This document shows, in pieces, positions 49,396 to 62,099 of a stretch of 64,000 nucleotides of DNA. Position 1 is the first letter of the stretch; each line of letters opens with the position of its first letter. This DNA comes from Nageia nagi (lineage: Eukaryota > Plantae > Pinophyta). The stretch is taken from contig JBITNC010000001.1 in assembly GCA_050084985.1 (NCBI GenBank), positions 211,730,001 through 211,794,000 on the forward strand, written 5' to 3'. Both the position numbers and the translations under genes were made by a program. The notes beneath the pieces were generated by a model. The model was not told where the DNA came from and ran no database searches. It saw only the letters and a list, made by a program, of their open reading frames with translations.

Positions 49396-52300
49396 AAGAC
49401 TCTTCCTTGTCTGTCATGCTGAATTCTTCTTTTTGCATTAAGAGTGTCTTGAGATCTGAAATCTTCTTTGGATCTGATGTCCTTTTCTCTACGCTCTCTC
49501 ATATGGCTAGATCGGGGTGACCTAGGGATGGTGTAACCCCCAATGTTTCTTCTTGGGGAGTTTGTTTGGAGAAATTCATCTAACTCCTCAGTACACTTCT
49601 ACATCTGTGTGGTCAATGATCTACAGAGATGTATGAGTTGCTCATTCTTATCTGTTTCTCTCCATGATGCCATAGTCTTCAAAACCCTAACTCAAACAAC
49701 CTGAAATCTTCATATTAAATTTTTCTAATCAGCCAGGATGATAGATCAAGACTTTTTATACCTGGAAACAGCCTTCGGATATGCAGATATATTCTCCAAA
49801 CCCTAGACAACTTAGTCTAGGAATTCAAGCTTTTCTGAAAAACTGTCGTTTTCACCCTGAAATTGGCCTTTTAAGTGCAGGACCTCCTGATCTACTAGTT
49901 CAATTTGCTTCTAGCTAGATCTTAACCTCACAAGTTGGCCAAATCGAAGCTTTGATACCACTTGTGGTGATCCAAAATGTAACTCAAAGCAAAATCAGCA
50001 AATTCAATTACAATAACCGTAATGTCAGGCCTATGGCATCATATACAAGTATATAACATACAAAATTGCCAACGTCTAAGCTAGGGTTAAGGATCAAGCA
50101 TTTACAACATCCACACACCAACGTCTAGGATATCACAATGAATATCACTTTACAATGCCAATGTTTGGCTCATACATGCACAAATAAGCAATGGTAACCC
50201 AACGAATGCACAAGAGTAATGAAGACAATACAAAGATGAGATCCAATGCCCTTTTGGCTATACGAATGATATAGAACGATGATGAATACAATACCAAGAC
50301 CAGAAGAGTTGATGTTGGCCTCTCAGGAGCCAATTAGGGCAATACAATGTATCTCTCACCACTGGAACAATAACAAAACCATGGGACAGTACGCCTTCTC
50401 AAAATAAGAATCCTCTTCACCGAAGTAGCCCTCCTCAAACTCTGGATAACCACCAAAGGTAGAAGTAATTCCTCAGAATACCATTGGATGGGCAAAGGTG
50501 TTGCACCAGTGCCGTAGACAGACAAGATCCCTCAGCCTGAATGCCCTCTAGACACTATGCCTAGGAAGGTTGCTTAGCACCGGTAAGACTTGTCCTCTGG
50601 ATTGTATAGAAGTAATAATGATCAAGTATATCCAATAATGAGGCTCCAGTGTCTATTTATACATTTGCTCTATCCGGATCTCACCTAGGAGTCATCACTT
50701 GGCTTGTCTAATCCAACATTGGCCTCCTGGAGGCCTGGAATACCCAAGGTGGGTGTCTAAAGGTCAGACATGCCAACGTGGGGATCGGGGGTGCATTAAG
50801 TGCCAACATGTGAGTCTAGGAGTGCCACGCATGCCCATGTGGGTCAAGGGGCTAGACATGGGGTCTAGGTGTCATGTTGGGCCAACATGGGAGTATGGGA
50901 GCCTCCCCAAGCCTGGTGCAAGCATGTAAGTGGTTGTCCATCATCTCAATGTACAATAGACCTTGGGATTCCCACAATCATGTTTCGGGATCTCCAAGTA
51001 TGACAAATATGCTTAATCTAACCTTAGGAGGGAGATGTCCCACTTGGGGCTCACAGTGGGGTCCATTGATCCATTGAGTCTCCTATCCTTAAGTTACAAA
51101 CATGAATGTATAATGTATAAATAAAGTATATTACAAGAGGTCCCAATCGGACCTTACTATTAATTACAACTATGCAAAGGGGACATCATAGTTTCTATCT
51201 TGGTATGCCATTAGATAACACACGAAATATTGAAGATGAAGATGAATGTGGGAAGGAGCAAGAGGACTCTGAATCAACTGTTGCATTCATAATTCCGAAT
51301 TGCTTGGGGACAAGCAATTTGGGAGTGGTGGATTTGTAATATTCCTAAATTTTGGTATCTTACTCACTTTGACACAAGGAAGTGGGACATTCACCTTCAT
51401 TGTGCTCTTTTAGCTATTTAGGAGTATTTTATTAGTTTTAGAATAAATTTGGGAATATTACGATAATCTCGGCAATATTAAAGGCTGTTTTGATGTAAAA
51501 TTCTACTTGGAGGCTCTCCAACATGGGACGTTGGACTCTAGGAGTCATTATTGGTTATTTTAACTAGCAAGATATTTGTAATTTGTATAGGCCACTTAAG
51601 GATGCCAAATAATGTTGTAATTTGTAATACTAAGGAAAATAATATTTGCAAATGCAATAGTAGTCTTTTTAGTGAGTCGTTGCATATCTTGGCCTTGATG
51701 AATTGTAATTTGGTATCTCGAGGCACTTAGAAGCCTCCACATGTAATTTAGCTCCCCTCTAAGGTGGACACTCCACTAGAGGTAGAGCATGATGATTCCA
51801 ATTTGTCACTAATCCCAAGGTGTCGAAGACTCTAACAGGGAGATGTTGCACCTAGGAGAGCATTCCAACAACGTTGAATGAGACTTTATGGTTCCCAATG
51901 CATCCATGTTGTGATGCCTCACCCTATGGTTGAATATGGACCCTACGACTTGATCTTGTGCATCCCAATGCTTCTTAGGCTGGCGTAGGATAAGAGGGTC
52001 TTTCGGAGGTTATAAAAGGAGAAGTTTTGGACTCATTTGAATATGCTTGATTATTACTTCTCTCTTCTACATTGGACATAGGGCATCAACTCTCTTCCTA
52101 CCCTTTTGGACGAAAAACCACTCGGAGGTACTTGAGGTCTGGCAAAGCCTCATGAGTTAATAGGACTAGCGTATCTCAAATGACACAACTAGGTATCTAG
52201 GGGTTTCGGCATCCTTAGATTTTCTTAACATTGCTAGTTGGACCCTAAAGTCTCCACCACAATTGATTGAAGTAGGAAGCCTTGGTGCAAGCCTTGCTGC

Positions 52301-54278
52301 TACCAAGGATTTTATTATTCATAAAATCATAAAGATCTACAAAATCATCCCTAGGGCACACTTGCTCTGGAAGTGAAGGCATGTCCTTTGGTTCTCTTTG
52401 CAATATTATACAAATTACATTTGTGGCTCTAATTATTGTGTTAATTTCATGAGATCTTGCCCTAGTTGCATGGACTTTGTATTTTGAAGGTTAATTACTA
52501 AGTTTATGTTCTTAATTGCTAGTTGTTGGAATATTTGCTTTAGATCTTGCGATTAGCTAGACATTGCATTGGAGTGAGCTTGTGTTGATATCTGGTGTTG
52601 TTGGCTTAGACGTTGGCTTTCTGACATTAATTTTGGCTTGTGCTCTTGGATGTTGGGTTTTTGCATTGCTATTTTGCACTTGAGGTTGAATGTCTGCATT
52701 TTCTAAATGAGATTAAGGCATTTTGGGTATTTGAACTGCATAAACAACTTGATTGGAATTTTTGGTGAATTTTAGTAATTTTTGTGAGCCCCATTTGGGC
52801 AAATTCCATACCAGCCCTATTTCGGAATATTTCAATTATGATGATATTACCATGATAATATTGTATGATGATGGTTACTTATGATCTTTTGAATGCCTTG
52901 TTCATCATATCTCATCATGTTTGGAATGAGAGCTTGGGAGTGCTTTATGAAGGATTCACAAATTTGATTTTTGGTTCATTTAGGTGTGATCCACTAGAAT
53001 AATATGCACATAAGATAATGTTAAATTAAAATATATTACTTAAGTTATTTCAAAATAACCTCAAATGGGTCCAAAATTGACATTTGACATAAATGAAATA
53101 AGATGCTTAAATACATTTTAAATAACCAAAATGCAAAGTCAAGTGTCTAAAGTAGGATGAATTTCTATTACATATAATTTTCCTAACTCCAATTGCTCAA
53201 AATTAAATCATCCAACCAAGCAAATAATTTTCTAAAATTATGATAATTCTCAAACAACTCAAATTATGCCAAATCCACCAAAACAAGCATTCAATCCGTT
53301 CAGAAAATTAGAACGAATTATTCTAGGGCGTAATATTACTCAAAAATCACTCCAAAATGCATGTGTCCAACCACCAATCACATAATTTCAAAATATTGCA
53401 AATTAGGAAGTGACAAAATTATGAGATAAATGGAAATGTACTCCAATGAGGCAAACAAACCACAAAGAGATCTCAAAGAGCACAAAAAGGGCTCCAAAGA
53501 GGTGACGTCCCACTAGGGGGTTCATATCCACCTTTCTGAAGCTCACAAAGTGTCACAACTGACAACCGTTCATGTTTAGAGTAGCTTGTACAATGATTCC
53601 ATATGGCTGTTCATCCCTAAGTCCCCGTGACTATACCAATAATTGAGTTTTCCCTTTATAGGATAATACTCTATCATATGCTCTCCTATAGAACATGTTA
53701 GTAGATGTTCCTTCAAACAAACTTACTGCTGCCCTTGCAAAATCACTCCCAAAACAATTCCAATGTAAAGCTTTGTCTATCTTTATGTTAGATGCTTTAA
53801 TTTGACTATGCAAAAATCTTTTATTTATGACAACTTTTGTACTGATCAATGCCCAAGTGATAAAGTAGCGAGTGGGTACCTTTATTATGTTGATGTCCTA
53901 AATTTTGCAAACCTGTCATATCCTTGTGGTTCCTCATAACAATTCCAAAACCTTTATCTAGGCCACTCTTTTTGACATAATCCCCAACTGTCTTGCCCAA
54001 ACTGATTTTATTTTTTCCCAATTGCCTCAAATCAGACCAGTCGTCTTCCCCAGCAGTTGTTTTCATATAAATAATTAGGTGTATCATTGTCCTTGGTTGT
54101 GTCAGAACTTGGGTTCATCACTTCAAGAATGGTTCCGAAAATTCCTCTTTGTTTTTAGTCTCAGATTTCTCCCTTATGCTGTCTAGTTCTTCAATAATTT
54201 CTTCAAGCTCCTCGAACTGATTTGCCCATGTAGATTGATTATCCAATGCTTCCTTTGTGACCTTGAGCTCATGGGTGA

Positions 54279-55100
54279 TGTAATGTCCCAAAATGAAGTG
54301 TCCCGTGTTCATGACAATTTATGCGATTCCTATATTACCAAAAAGTGGGATGTCCTTCCTTCAGGAGAATTTATGTGATTTCATCCTCCAAAAGCCTTGA
54401 AATTCGCACAGAGAGCCAGATTTCTACTACCACACATGCGGATCTTCACAATTATAATATTTATTTTGGGCCATTTGGAATAAGATGTCCCTCCTCTAGG
54501 GATATGTGATTGCACTTAATGTATTAGGAGTGGATTAGGTGTCTATTATTATTTTATTTTAGCATGGGCCATTTGTAACTTGGGGATTTAATTTGTCTCC
54601 CCAAGATGGAGCACCCAACTAGGAAAGGTTTATTGTATGAGAAATTAATAAAGGAAACAACACACTAGGAGGATGACAACGTAGGCATGCAAGTCATGTG
54701 GAATCACATGCAAGAACAAGCGCACAAGACCATGGTGAGAGAGCATGATGCACATTTGTGTTGGCTTGTTGTCGAGGTCCATTTCATTGATTCGTATGGC
54801 GCAAGAGGGGGATCCAACCTCCAAGCAGAGGATTCTTCATGGTGGCTATGGACATATTCAAGGTGCACGGTGGATTCTTCAACACTGTAAGGGAATTGAG
54901 TGCAACCTTTGAGAATGATCTGAAGCACAAGGCTTCTACACTGGCAGAATTTCCATAGAGGGCACAGTGGGATTCTTCTTACAGGTCTTCACCAGTTTGA
55001 TGTTTTGAAAATTTTGAAACCTTTTGTTAATGCTTTGAATATTTCATAACCTTTTAATGCCTTGGATTTTGGAATTTTGACATAGGCTTTCAAGCAGATG
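54279..55100 (+). mobile_element. Degenerate LTR fragment
   Basis: Starts TGTAATGTCCC and resembles the reverse complement of 31142-32308 and 13037-13560. The right end and TSD were not found. Confidence 0.55.
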
Positions 55101-56170
55101 TTTTTCAAAGAGTGGAGGTACAAATCAAAGATGGAATCTGAGATAAAACAAGGTTTGGATCAAGATCAAATTAAGACAAAATTTTGCATGGTTTGCAAGC
55201 GGGGTTATGGTTTTAAAATTGAGATCAGGTTTGCAGTTTGATGATGGTGAATGACCAAAACATGGAGTTACAAGGATTTCTATGAGGCAGGGAAGGAAAA
55301 TGCATCTGATGCCAATGTCAGAATAGGATATGGACTGTGGAAAACCGAAAATGAACAAAAATAAATAGTGCAAACACGACTCTCTAGTTCACCTTCCAAG
55401 GGTGGTTGTTGAGCTTCACCACTATTCCTAATCTACCATATTCCTGCACTTCGTAGTATTATAACAGAATAAATTTGTATTCCTTGGGTTGCACTTACCT
55501 TATAACAGTATACTCCTTGATTATGACATATTTTAAACTCGTAACAATATTCCTGTTCAGGATTTTGGAAGAAATAACATTTCCTTATGTCATCATTTCT
55601 GTTGTACTTGATGGAGATATGCACACGGAGAGAAATAGAAAGAACAAATTATATTAATATTCGCTAGTGATTGGAGTTGATCAATGGGACTTGAAGGTAC
55701 ATTGTTTCAACAGCATGGGGAGACAAAAATATGAATTCTGACGTCCTACTTTCAAACTGGAAATTACAGGTATATTCAAAACCTAGAGGAATTCAAAACT
55801 GAAGTCCCTCATGCATCAATCAAATAGAGAGATGGAATATTACAAAGCCCTCTAGTGAAGTCTTCTGCATTAACAACCTGCCAAGTAACTTCCTTATAGG
55901 AAAGTGGCATGGATATGCTTCCAATGAGTAGACCTATGCCATGGGTATGGGATTGGTCATGCTTGTCCAGTAGGCATGAAATTCAGTTTGGGCCTTGTGT
56001 CCGTACGGTTTCTAGCATATGGCTTGTTATTTGACTTTTATGCATGAAATATCTACTTAGATTAATAGAAGTATTTATTTCTTTAAAAGGAAAATGGGAT
56101 ATAGATTTGCATTAGGTCACTAATGAAGGTGCTCTTCTGATATAATGTTATTTTTTCTAACAAAATGCAG

Positions 56171-56411
56171 GTACCCCATATTTTTTGATGACATGGTTGT
56201 GCGTATGTTGCCGGTGATTCCTTTGATTATTTACAGGCTTATTGAGAATGATGCTACAGACACTGCCGAGAGGGTTCTCAATACATATTACAGACTCATG
56301 GTTTATCATCCTTTACGATTCACATTTGTGCGTGACATACTTGCTTATTTTTATGGACACATTCCTAGTAAGCTTGTTGCGAGAATACTAAGTATTCTTG
56401 ACATAGCTAAG
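56171..56411 (+). CDS. MED23: MED23 coding exon
   Basis: YPIFFDDMVVRMLPVIPLIIYRLIEND..YHPLRFTFVRDILAYFYGH..LDIAK. TGCAG acceptor and GTAATA donor. Confidence 0.96.
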
Positions 56412-56541
56412 GTAATATTCTGTTCAATTTTTAAAATATTTTCAGCTTTTACCATTACATGCTTTGAAAGCCTTTTTTTCTCAATCAACCTATAGATTTG
56501 CTGATTGAGATATTGCTAAAACATTTGTAAATTGTTTGCAG

Positions 56542-57301
56542 ATTCCTTTCTCCGAGGCATTCCTACCACATCTTACCTCATCAAACTCTGGATTATGCCC
56601 ACCATCTGACTATTTTGCTAATCTACTGTTAGGTCTTGTGAATAATGTTGTTCCTCCTATAAGATCAAGTGCCTCTATGGGTGATAGTTTTGGCACATTT
56701 TCACGTACTGGGGGAAACAGGGCTCAAGCAGCAGTTGAATCAATAGCATCAAATGTTCCTGAAAGTCAGAAAGTATTTTACCAAAATCAGGACCCTGGTA
56801 CATACACTCAGCTATTGTTGGACACTGCAGTAATTGAGATCTTGTCACTTCCTACATCTTATCATCAGATAGTTTCTACGCTTGTTCAAATAGTTGTACA
56901 TGTTCAAGCAACTCAAGTTCAGTCTGGCCATTCTGCACAAAGTGTATCCAGCGGGATTAATCAAAGCAACATTTTGCCAACATCACCATCGGGTGCAACT
57001 GTTGATTCAATGAGCACAAATAGATCAGCAGCATCAGGGCCCGGACTAAGTGCAACTAGCTCAGGAACTAGTAGTGCTGTTCAAGCTTCATCTTGCCTTA
57101 TGATTCAAGCATGTGGTCTTCTCTTAGCACAACTACCACCAACCTTTCATATGCAATTTTATGCTGAAACAGCACGAATAATCAAAGATTGTTGGTGGCT
57201 GACAGATGTCACAAAGTCTTCATTAGAATTGGACACTGCTTTTGGCTACGCTCTGTGGGATCCAACATGGGCTTTTCAAGACAACACTTCGACTACTACT
57301 G
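56542..57301 (+). CDS. MED23: MED23 coding exon
   Basis: IPFSEAF..CPPSDYFANLLLGLVNNVVPP..QDPGTYTQL..IQACGLLLAQLP..DPTWAFQDNTS. TTGCAG acceptor and GTAATC donor (phase 1). Confidence 0.96.
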
Positions 57302-57730
57302 GTAATCTTCTAAAAGTTGAAACTCATTTACTTTTAAGATTAGGCATAGTTGACTTTTATGCCGTTAAAACACCTAGTGCTGTATTGAAGAGATGGAACT
57401 TAGGTGTATTGAGTTGGCTATAAGCCTATAACTTGTTTGGGGTCTTGTACAACATCTGAATTTGAATAAAGTACTGAATTGTCTGGCTCACGATGAGATG
57501 GCAAAACAATAAAATTGATCTTTGCTTGTCTGATTACCCAATTCATGCACATGAGAGATGATAAAATATTGGTGATAACGAAAGTTGATATGATTTTCAA
57601 CATGTAGGCTTTGTTATGCTATGTATTTCTAGCATATCGAAGAAGATGCTAAATATGACTCTTTGATCCATGTGTCATTCCGCAGAGGTTAGTTGCATAC
57701 TTTAATTTTTGAAAGTACGCTTTTTTTCAG

Positions 57731-57912
57731 GGAATCTCGTTGCATTGGTTCATGCTTTTTTTAGTAATCTCCCACATGAATGGCTGGAGGGAACGCATAC
57801 TATTATACAGCACCTAAGACCAATCAGTACAATTGCACAGTTGCGACTTGCTTTTCGAATTATGGGACCCCTACTTCCACGTCTTGTAATTGCTCGACCA
57901 TTGTTCAAGAAG
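57731..57912 (+). CDS. MED23: MED23 coding exon ending at a probable GC donor
   Basis: GNLVALVHAFFSNLPHEWLEGTH..FRIMGPLLPRL..LFKK. TTTCAG acceptor and AAG|GCAGGA donor. Confidence 0.92.
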
Positions 57913-58064
57913 GCAGGAACACTTTTTCCCCATTATCTTTCTGGTGTTGGTGTTGATAAGTAAATGGAGTTTTGTTTTCAATGTTTATATGGAAGGACAT
58001 CTTGGGGTCACCCCTTGATTGATTTCTAGCAAGTAACGAAAATTTGACATTTTATGCAATGCAG

Positions 58065-58168
58065 ACTTTGGCCCTTCTTTTTAGTGTCTTGGCAGATGTG
58101 TTTGGGAGGAATTTTCAAACATCAATTCCAGTTGAACCAACAGATATTTCAGATCTTATTGACTTCCT
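58065..58168 (+). CDS. MED23: MED23 coding exon (not in the ORF track)
   Basis: TLALLFSVLADVFGRNFQTSIPVEPTDISDLIDF(L). TGCAG acceptor and GTAAGT donor (phase 2). Confidence 0.93.
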
Positions 58169-58251
58169 GTAAGTTATTTGAATTGTATTTTCAAGGTTCT
58201 TATTGTATTTTCTTCACTAAATAACTGTGTTATTGCTGCGTCTATTTTTAG

Positions 58252-58477
58252 GCATCATGCTGTGATGTATGAAGCTCAAGGAGCTGGACAGAATGGTGGA
58301 AAACCTAAACCTGAGACTCTCAGCCTTTGTAGCAAAGCTGTGGAACTTCTGCGCCCAGAACTTCAACATCTTTTCCGTCACTTGACAACAGACATAAATT
58401 CATCCATTTATGCAGCAACTCATCCAAAGATAATTCAAAGGCCACCGTCACCTTTAGCTACTGCAGGTGTACTGTGA
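58252..58477 (+). CDS. MED23: MED23 last coding exon
   Basis: HHAVMYEAQG..KPKPETL..LRPELQHLFRHLTTDINSSIYAATHPK..*. TTTTAG acceptor and TGA at 58475-58477. Confidence 0.95.
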
Positions 58478-59779
58478 TGCTAATTCCATAGGTAAAAATA
58501 TCATCTAACCAAGTCTTGAAAGAAAGCTTTTCGTTAACATTTTGGAAGTTCATCTTCTTGTTGAGAAAGTTTGATAATTCTCAAGTTCAGGCTTGAGTTC
58601 AAGGTGATCATTTGTCTTGAATCTAAGTGCTTCAAGTTTCTAATGTGACGGGAATTCTACATTAAAATTGCTGTTCACCATTGCATTTGTGAATCAGATT
58701 ATATTAAAGAAATGTGTGTTAATCTTTAGGCTGATAAGTATTGAAATCGATGCATAAATTATTTCTATTACCAATAGCACAAATGATTTCTTTGAATAGT
58801 GTATTATATGAAAATTGACCAACAAAACTTAGTTATTACTATAATAAATTATAGTAGTGAACAAGGTGAAGCAAAGATATATAAAGTAAATGCATGCAAA
58901 GTAAAAAAAGTTAAATGTGGGAGAGATGGTAAATGTTTAGTGATGCATGCTTGATTTGACTTCGATTTTTTTTAAATATCATTTAATTTAGATCCTCAAT
59001 CTTATAATGAAGAGATCTGATATGAAACCCACCTAGGTTAGCAGATAAATTTTGGGGAATTTACTGTAACAAGTGTATTCATACATGGCTGGTTAAATCC
59101 TGAATTCTATAAGTAATTGAAATATAAATTGTAGAAATGAAAATACATCACTAAACTTTGACATGTCATATCAGGATGCAAAGATTTGAAAATGGTGCAA
59201 GGGGTGCCTCAAAAATTATTGTTTTGATCTACATGTATACTGCAATTTATTGACATTGTTTTCAGTCCTTGTGATTGCCAAAAAAAATGTTATGGCAATT
59301 TTGGAAAACATGGTTATGATTTCTGTAAGGTAACTATGGTTGGTTATGACTTGTATAACCTAGGAACAAAACAACACGAGTCATTTGCATGCATTGAATG
59401 CTTCGTGGCAAGCATATGTTAGGTTTATTGATAAATCAATAAGAACGATAATATAACAAGATGATAAGACTTAAAATAGAGAACAAGGGTTCTTTGATTT
59501 GTACGAGCTTGTAGTCATTTCTCCATGTGTTTTATTCACAAATAGGATGTTTATTTTATAACTTGCTCATGTAAAGAGATTTAAATTATTGGATTTCACT
59601 TGAAGAGGGTCATTCTTAGATAGATAAGATCGATAAGTCTTTTAATATCCTTTTAAACCCATTGGTTTGTAGGTTTTGTCAAAGATTTTCTAAAGTAAAA
59701 ATATATCAATTAAGTATTTGAATGATTATTTCTCATATAATTAAGTTGTTTCTCATGAGTAGGATCAATAATTGATACC

Positions 59780-62090
59780 ATTGCTACCACCTTCGCTTAT
59801 ATTGCTTAGCCTTTTTCACCATTTTGATCCTTTGCTCCCCATAGGTTGAGGCCTTTGTTACATTGTTTGCTACTATAGTGAACAACTAAATGAGGGAGTA
59901 TTATGGTGGCTACCACTCGATCTTGACGAAGCCTCTTTTCGCAAGAGGGCAACAAAGATACATGCCTCTCCTTTGGGGTCATGTTGTGGCTTCCACAATA
60001 CGGCCCAAACTCTTTAGCAAATTTTGGGACCCACAAACTAGAATTGGTGAAAATGAACAAAAATCAGATTTATGGTAGCAATGGAGCAAGATTTTGGCTA
60101 AGTCCCCTTCAAGCGGATGACTTCAAGGAGACAAGCTCCTTGTCTCATGCAAGCTTTGCACTGGCATCCTAGAGACTCATATAAATGAAAAGGGTGGAAT
60201 TGGCCAAGTCCTGGGCATAAAAATCTCTCTTATACCCCAACGCAAGTTAGACAGAAGACAAATATCTTGTCTTCACCAAGATGTATGCTTGAATCATATA
60301 TATGTTGCTGGCGCAAGTGTGACCTAAGACAACTTTCTTGACTCTCCTTGGATTTTCCCTAGCCTTGTAAGAGCCTCAGAAGACAATTTCAAACAACAAG
60401 AACAAAGCTTGGCCAAGTCCCATTTAGGAGGATCCTCTCGAGGAGACAACATCCACGTACCCTCTAAGATCTACACTAGTCTTCTAGAGACCTCAAATGA
60501 CCAATATAGATGACTAAGGAAGCAAAAATGGCTAAGTACCATGCATGGTAACATCTCAGAGCTTAGGTGCAAATGTAAAGGGAGACAAGGTTCATGTCTC
60601 ACTTCAGATCTACCCCAAGCTAGTATCCTCTTCCAGGTGCAAATCCAAACTAAGATGAGGGTTGTGACCTCCAGAAGACTTGCACCAACACTCCAAACTC
60701 TGGGAAAGATAATTCTGGGCAACAAAGACAAATTTTGGTGAAGTCTGGAGCATTTTCTCCCTAGGCACAAATCTGGGTGAAGATAAGCTCCTTGACCCCT
60801 CAGAGATGTGCACCATGCCTATCTCTCTCTGGTGCAAGTCCAGATCAAGATAAGATTGTTGACTCCCAGAAGACTTGCACTAGGCTTGTCCTCACTCTTG
60901 TTGGTGCAAATCTAGCTTGAGATACCCATCTTGTCTTCCCAGAAACCTGTGTTGGCCATGAAGCCACATCTTGAGAGCATGGCATGACCTAGACAAGCTC
61001 TATGACCTCCTTAACACCTACGTTGGACTTCCATGCTCAAGTTCAAGGATAGGGACCTCCTCAACAGGTTTCGATCCAAGTATTGCGAAAGTGAAAAGAG
61101 CCAATGGATTTGTGGGCACCAGTTGATGGAAGACATGGCATTTTGGATGCAATATTTTCATTTTCATTTTTATGCATAATTTAGTTATTTTGGACTCCAA
61201 ATTTTATATATTTTTGTTAAAGCCTTGTGATGGATGTTGATTTACTCCCACAAGTGCAGAGTCAATCTTGTAGTACCATGTGGTGTGTTTATTAGACTGT
61301 TGTTAATTAGGGTTACTTTAGGTGATTTTTTTTAATTTGCATTAGGGTTAGGGTTCTTGTAAAAACTATAAGTAGCCCTAGAGAGCTCATTTGTAGAGGA
61401 TGGAATTTTGGAATTTGGACATGAACATTGGTAATTAGATAAGTAAAGTAGTTCTTTCTATCCAATATTTGTCTTTTGTGAATGTGACATGATCTTATAA
61501 ATGAAAATTGTACAACTCCATTTTTATGGTACTATGAACTTTGACATGTGATGTTAATCATTGCTGTGTATTGCTTAGATGCTTGGAACATTTCACAAAC
61601 TCCTTGAGAGATGGTTGAAAGTGTGGCTGAATATGTCTTTGAAGTATTGAATGTGATACATGATAAGGGATTGTTCTAGTATGCATCTAGACTTGTATAA
61701 CTCTGAAAGTGGGTTCCTTTATGACGTTAAACGTAGGGACTTCATCCACAGATGGAAAGTGTCATCCTTATCCCTTAGATGCATGCTCCTTTCACTAGTT
61801 CATTTGTGTTGTTGGATAGTGTAAGTGAATATACCCTTCTAGACTCTTTGTGTAGTCTAGATAGAATGAGAGGATGTGTGGATGCGTGAAACCCATAATA
61901 AACCTGGAGGAACTTGGCCTTCAGACATTGTACTCGTCGGTGGAGCTTGTTGTAAAGAGTTGAACTCATGTGCCCCAAGACATTTTCAATCTTCCCTCCT
62001 ATTTTCTTTTATTTTACATTTTTTTCTATGGCTTTCATACTTGCATTTTATTTGCTTTGTTTGAGAAACAACCCTTGCCCAGCTTGTGAT
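59780..62090 (+). mobile_element. Large LTR-like region with internal degenerate tandem repeats
   Basis: 61230-62080 is similar to 15800-16620. Recurrent agacaa..cttg..tggtgcaa units at 60100-61020. Ends are uncertain. Confidence 0.55.
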
Positions 62091-62099
62091 ATTGCTCTA

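Larger units (their letters stand above)
45124..51190 (-). mobile_element. Element H: two-LTR non-autonomous Gypsy-type element lacking recognisable gag and pol
   Basis: LTRs 45124-46352 and 49963-51190 (~1.23 kb) with a perfect TSD GTTTC. PBS TGGTATCAAAGC (minus, 49960-49949) and PPT GAGAGGGGAGG (minus, ~46366-46356). The 3.6-kb interior is a chain of broken minus-strand ORFs. Confidence 0.93.
33425..52834 (+). mobile_element. Element F: two-LTR non-autonomous Ty3/Gypsy (gag-protease only) carrying multiple nested insertions
   Basis: 5' LTR 33425-33847 plus 39092-40177, and 3' LTR 51335-52834. Perfect TSD ATTAT. Degenerate PBS TGTTATCAAAGC 40179-40190. Gag 43550-44550 (MPIFDGSNKISARAWLQKLQTYF) and protease ILIDGGATHIFID ~44695. 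Purine-rich tract before 51335. No RT/INT seen. Confidence 0.88.
25702..56170 (+). other. MED23 giant intron (30,469 bp), filled with transposons
   Basis: GTTAGT...TGCAG. The join AG|G TAC CCC gives KDRYPIFFDD, contiguous with homologous MED23 sequence. Confidence 0.9.

Noticed and set aside
59773-59780. TGATACCA as a minus-strand PBS
   Set aside because: Only an 8-nt match, with no LTR pair or TSD found, and the neighbouring LTR-like region appears to be in + orientation.
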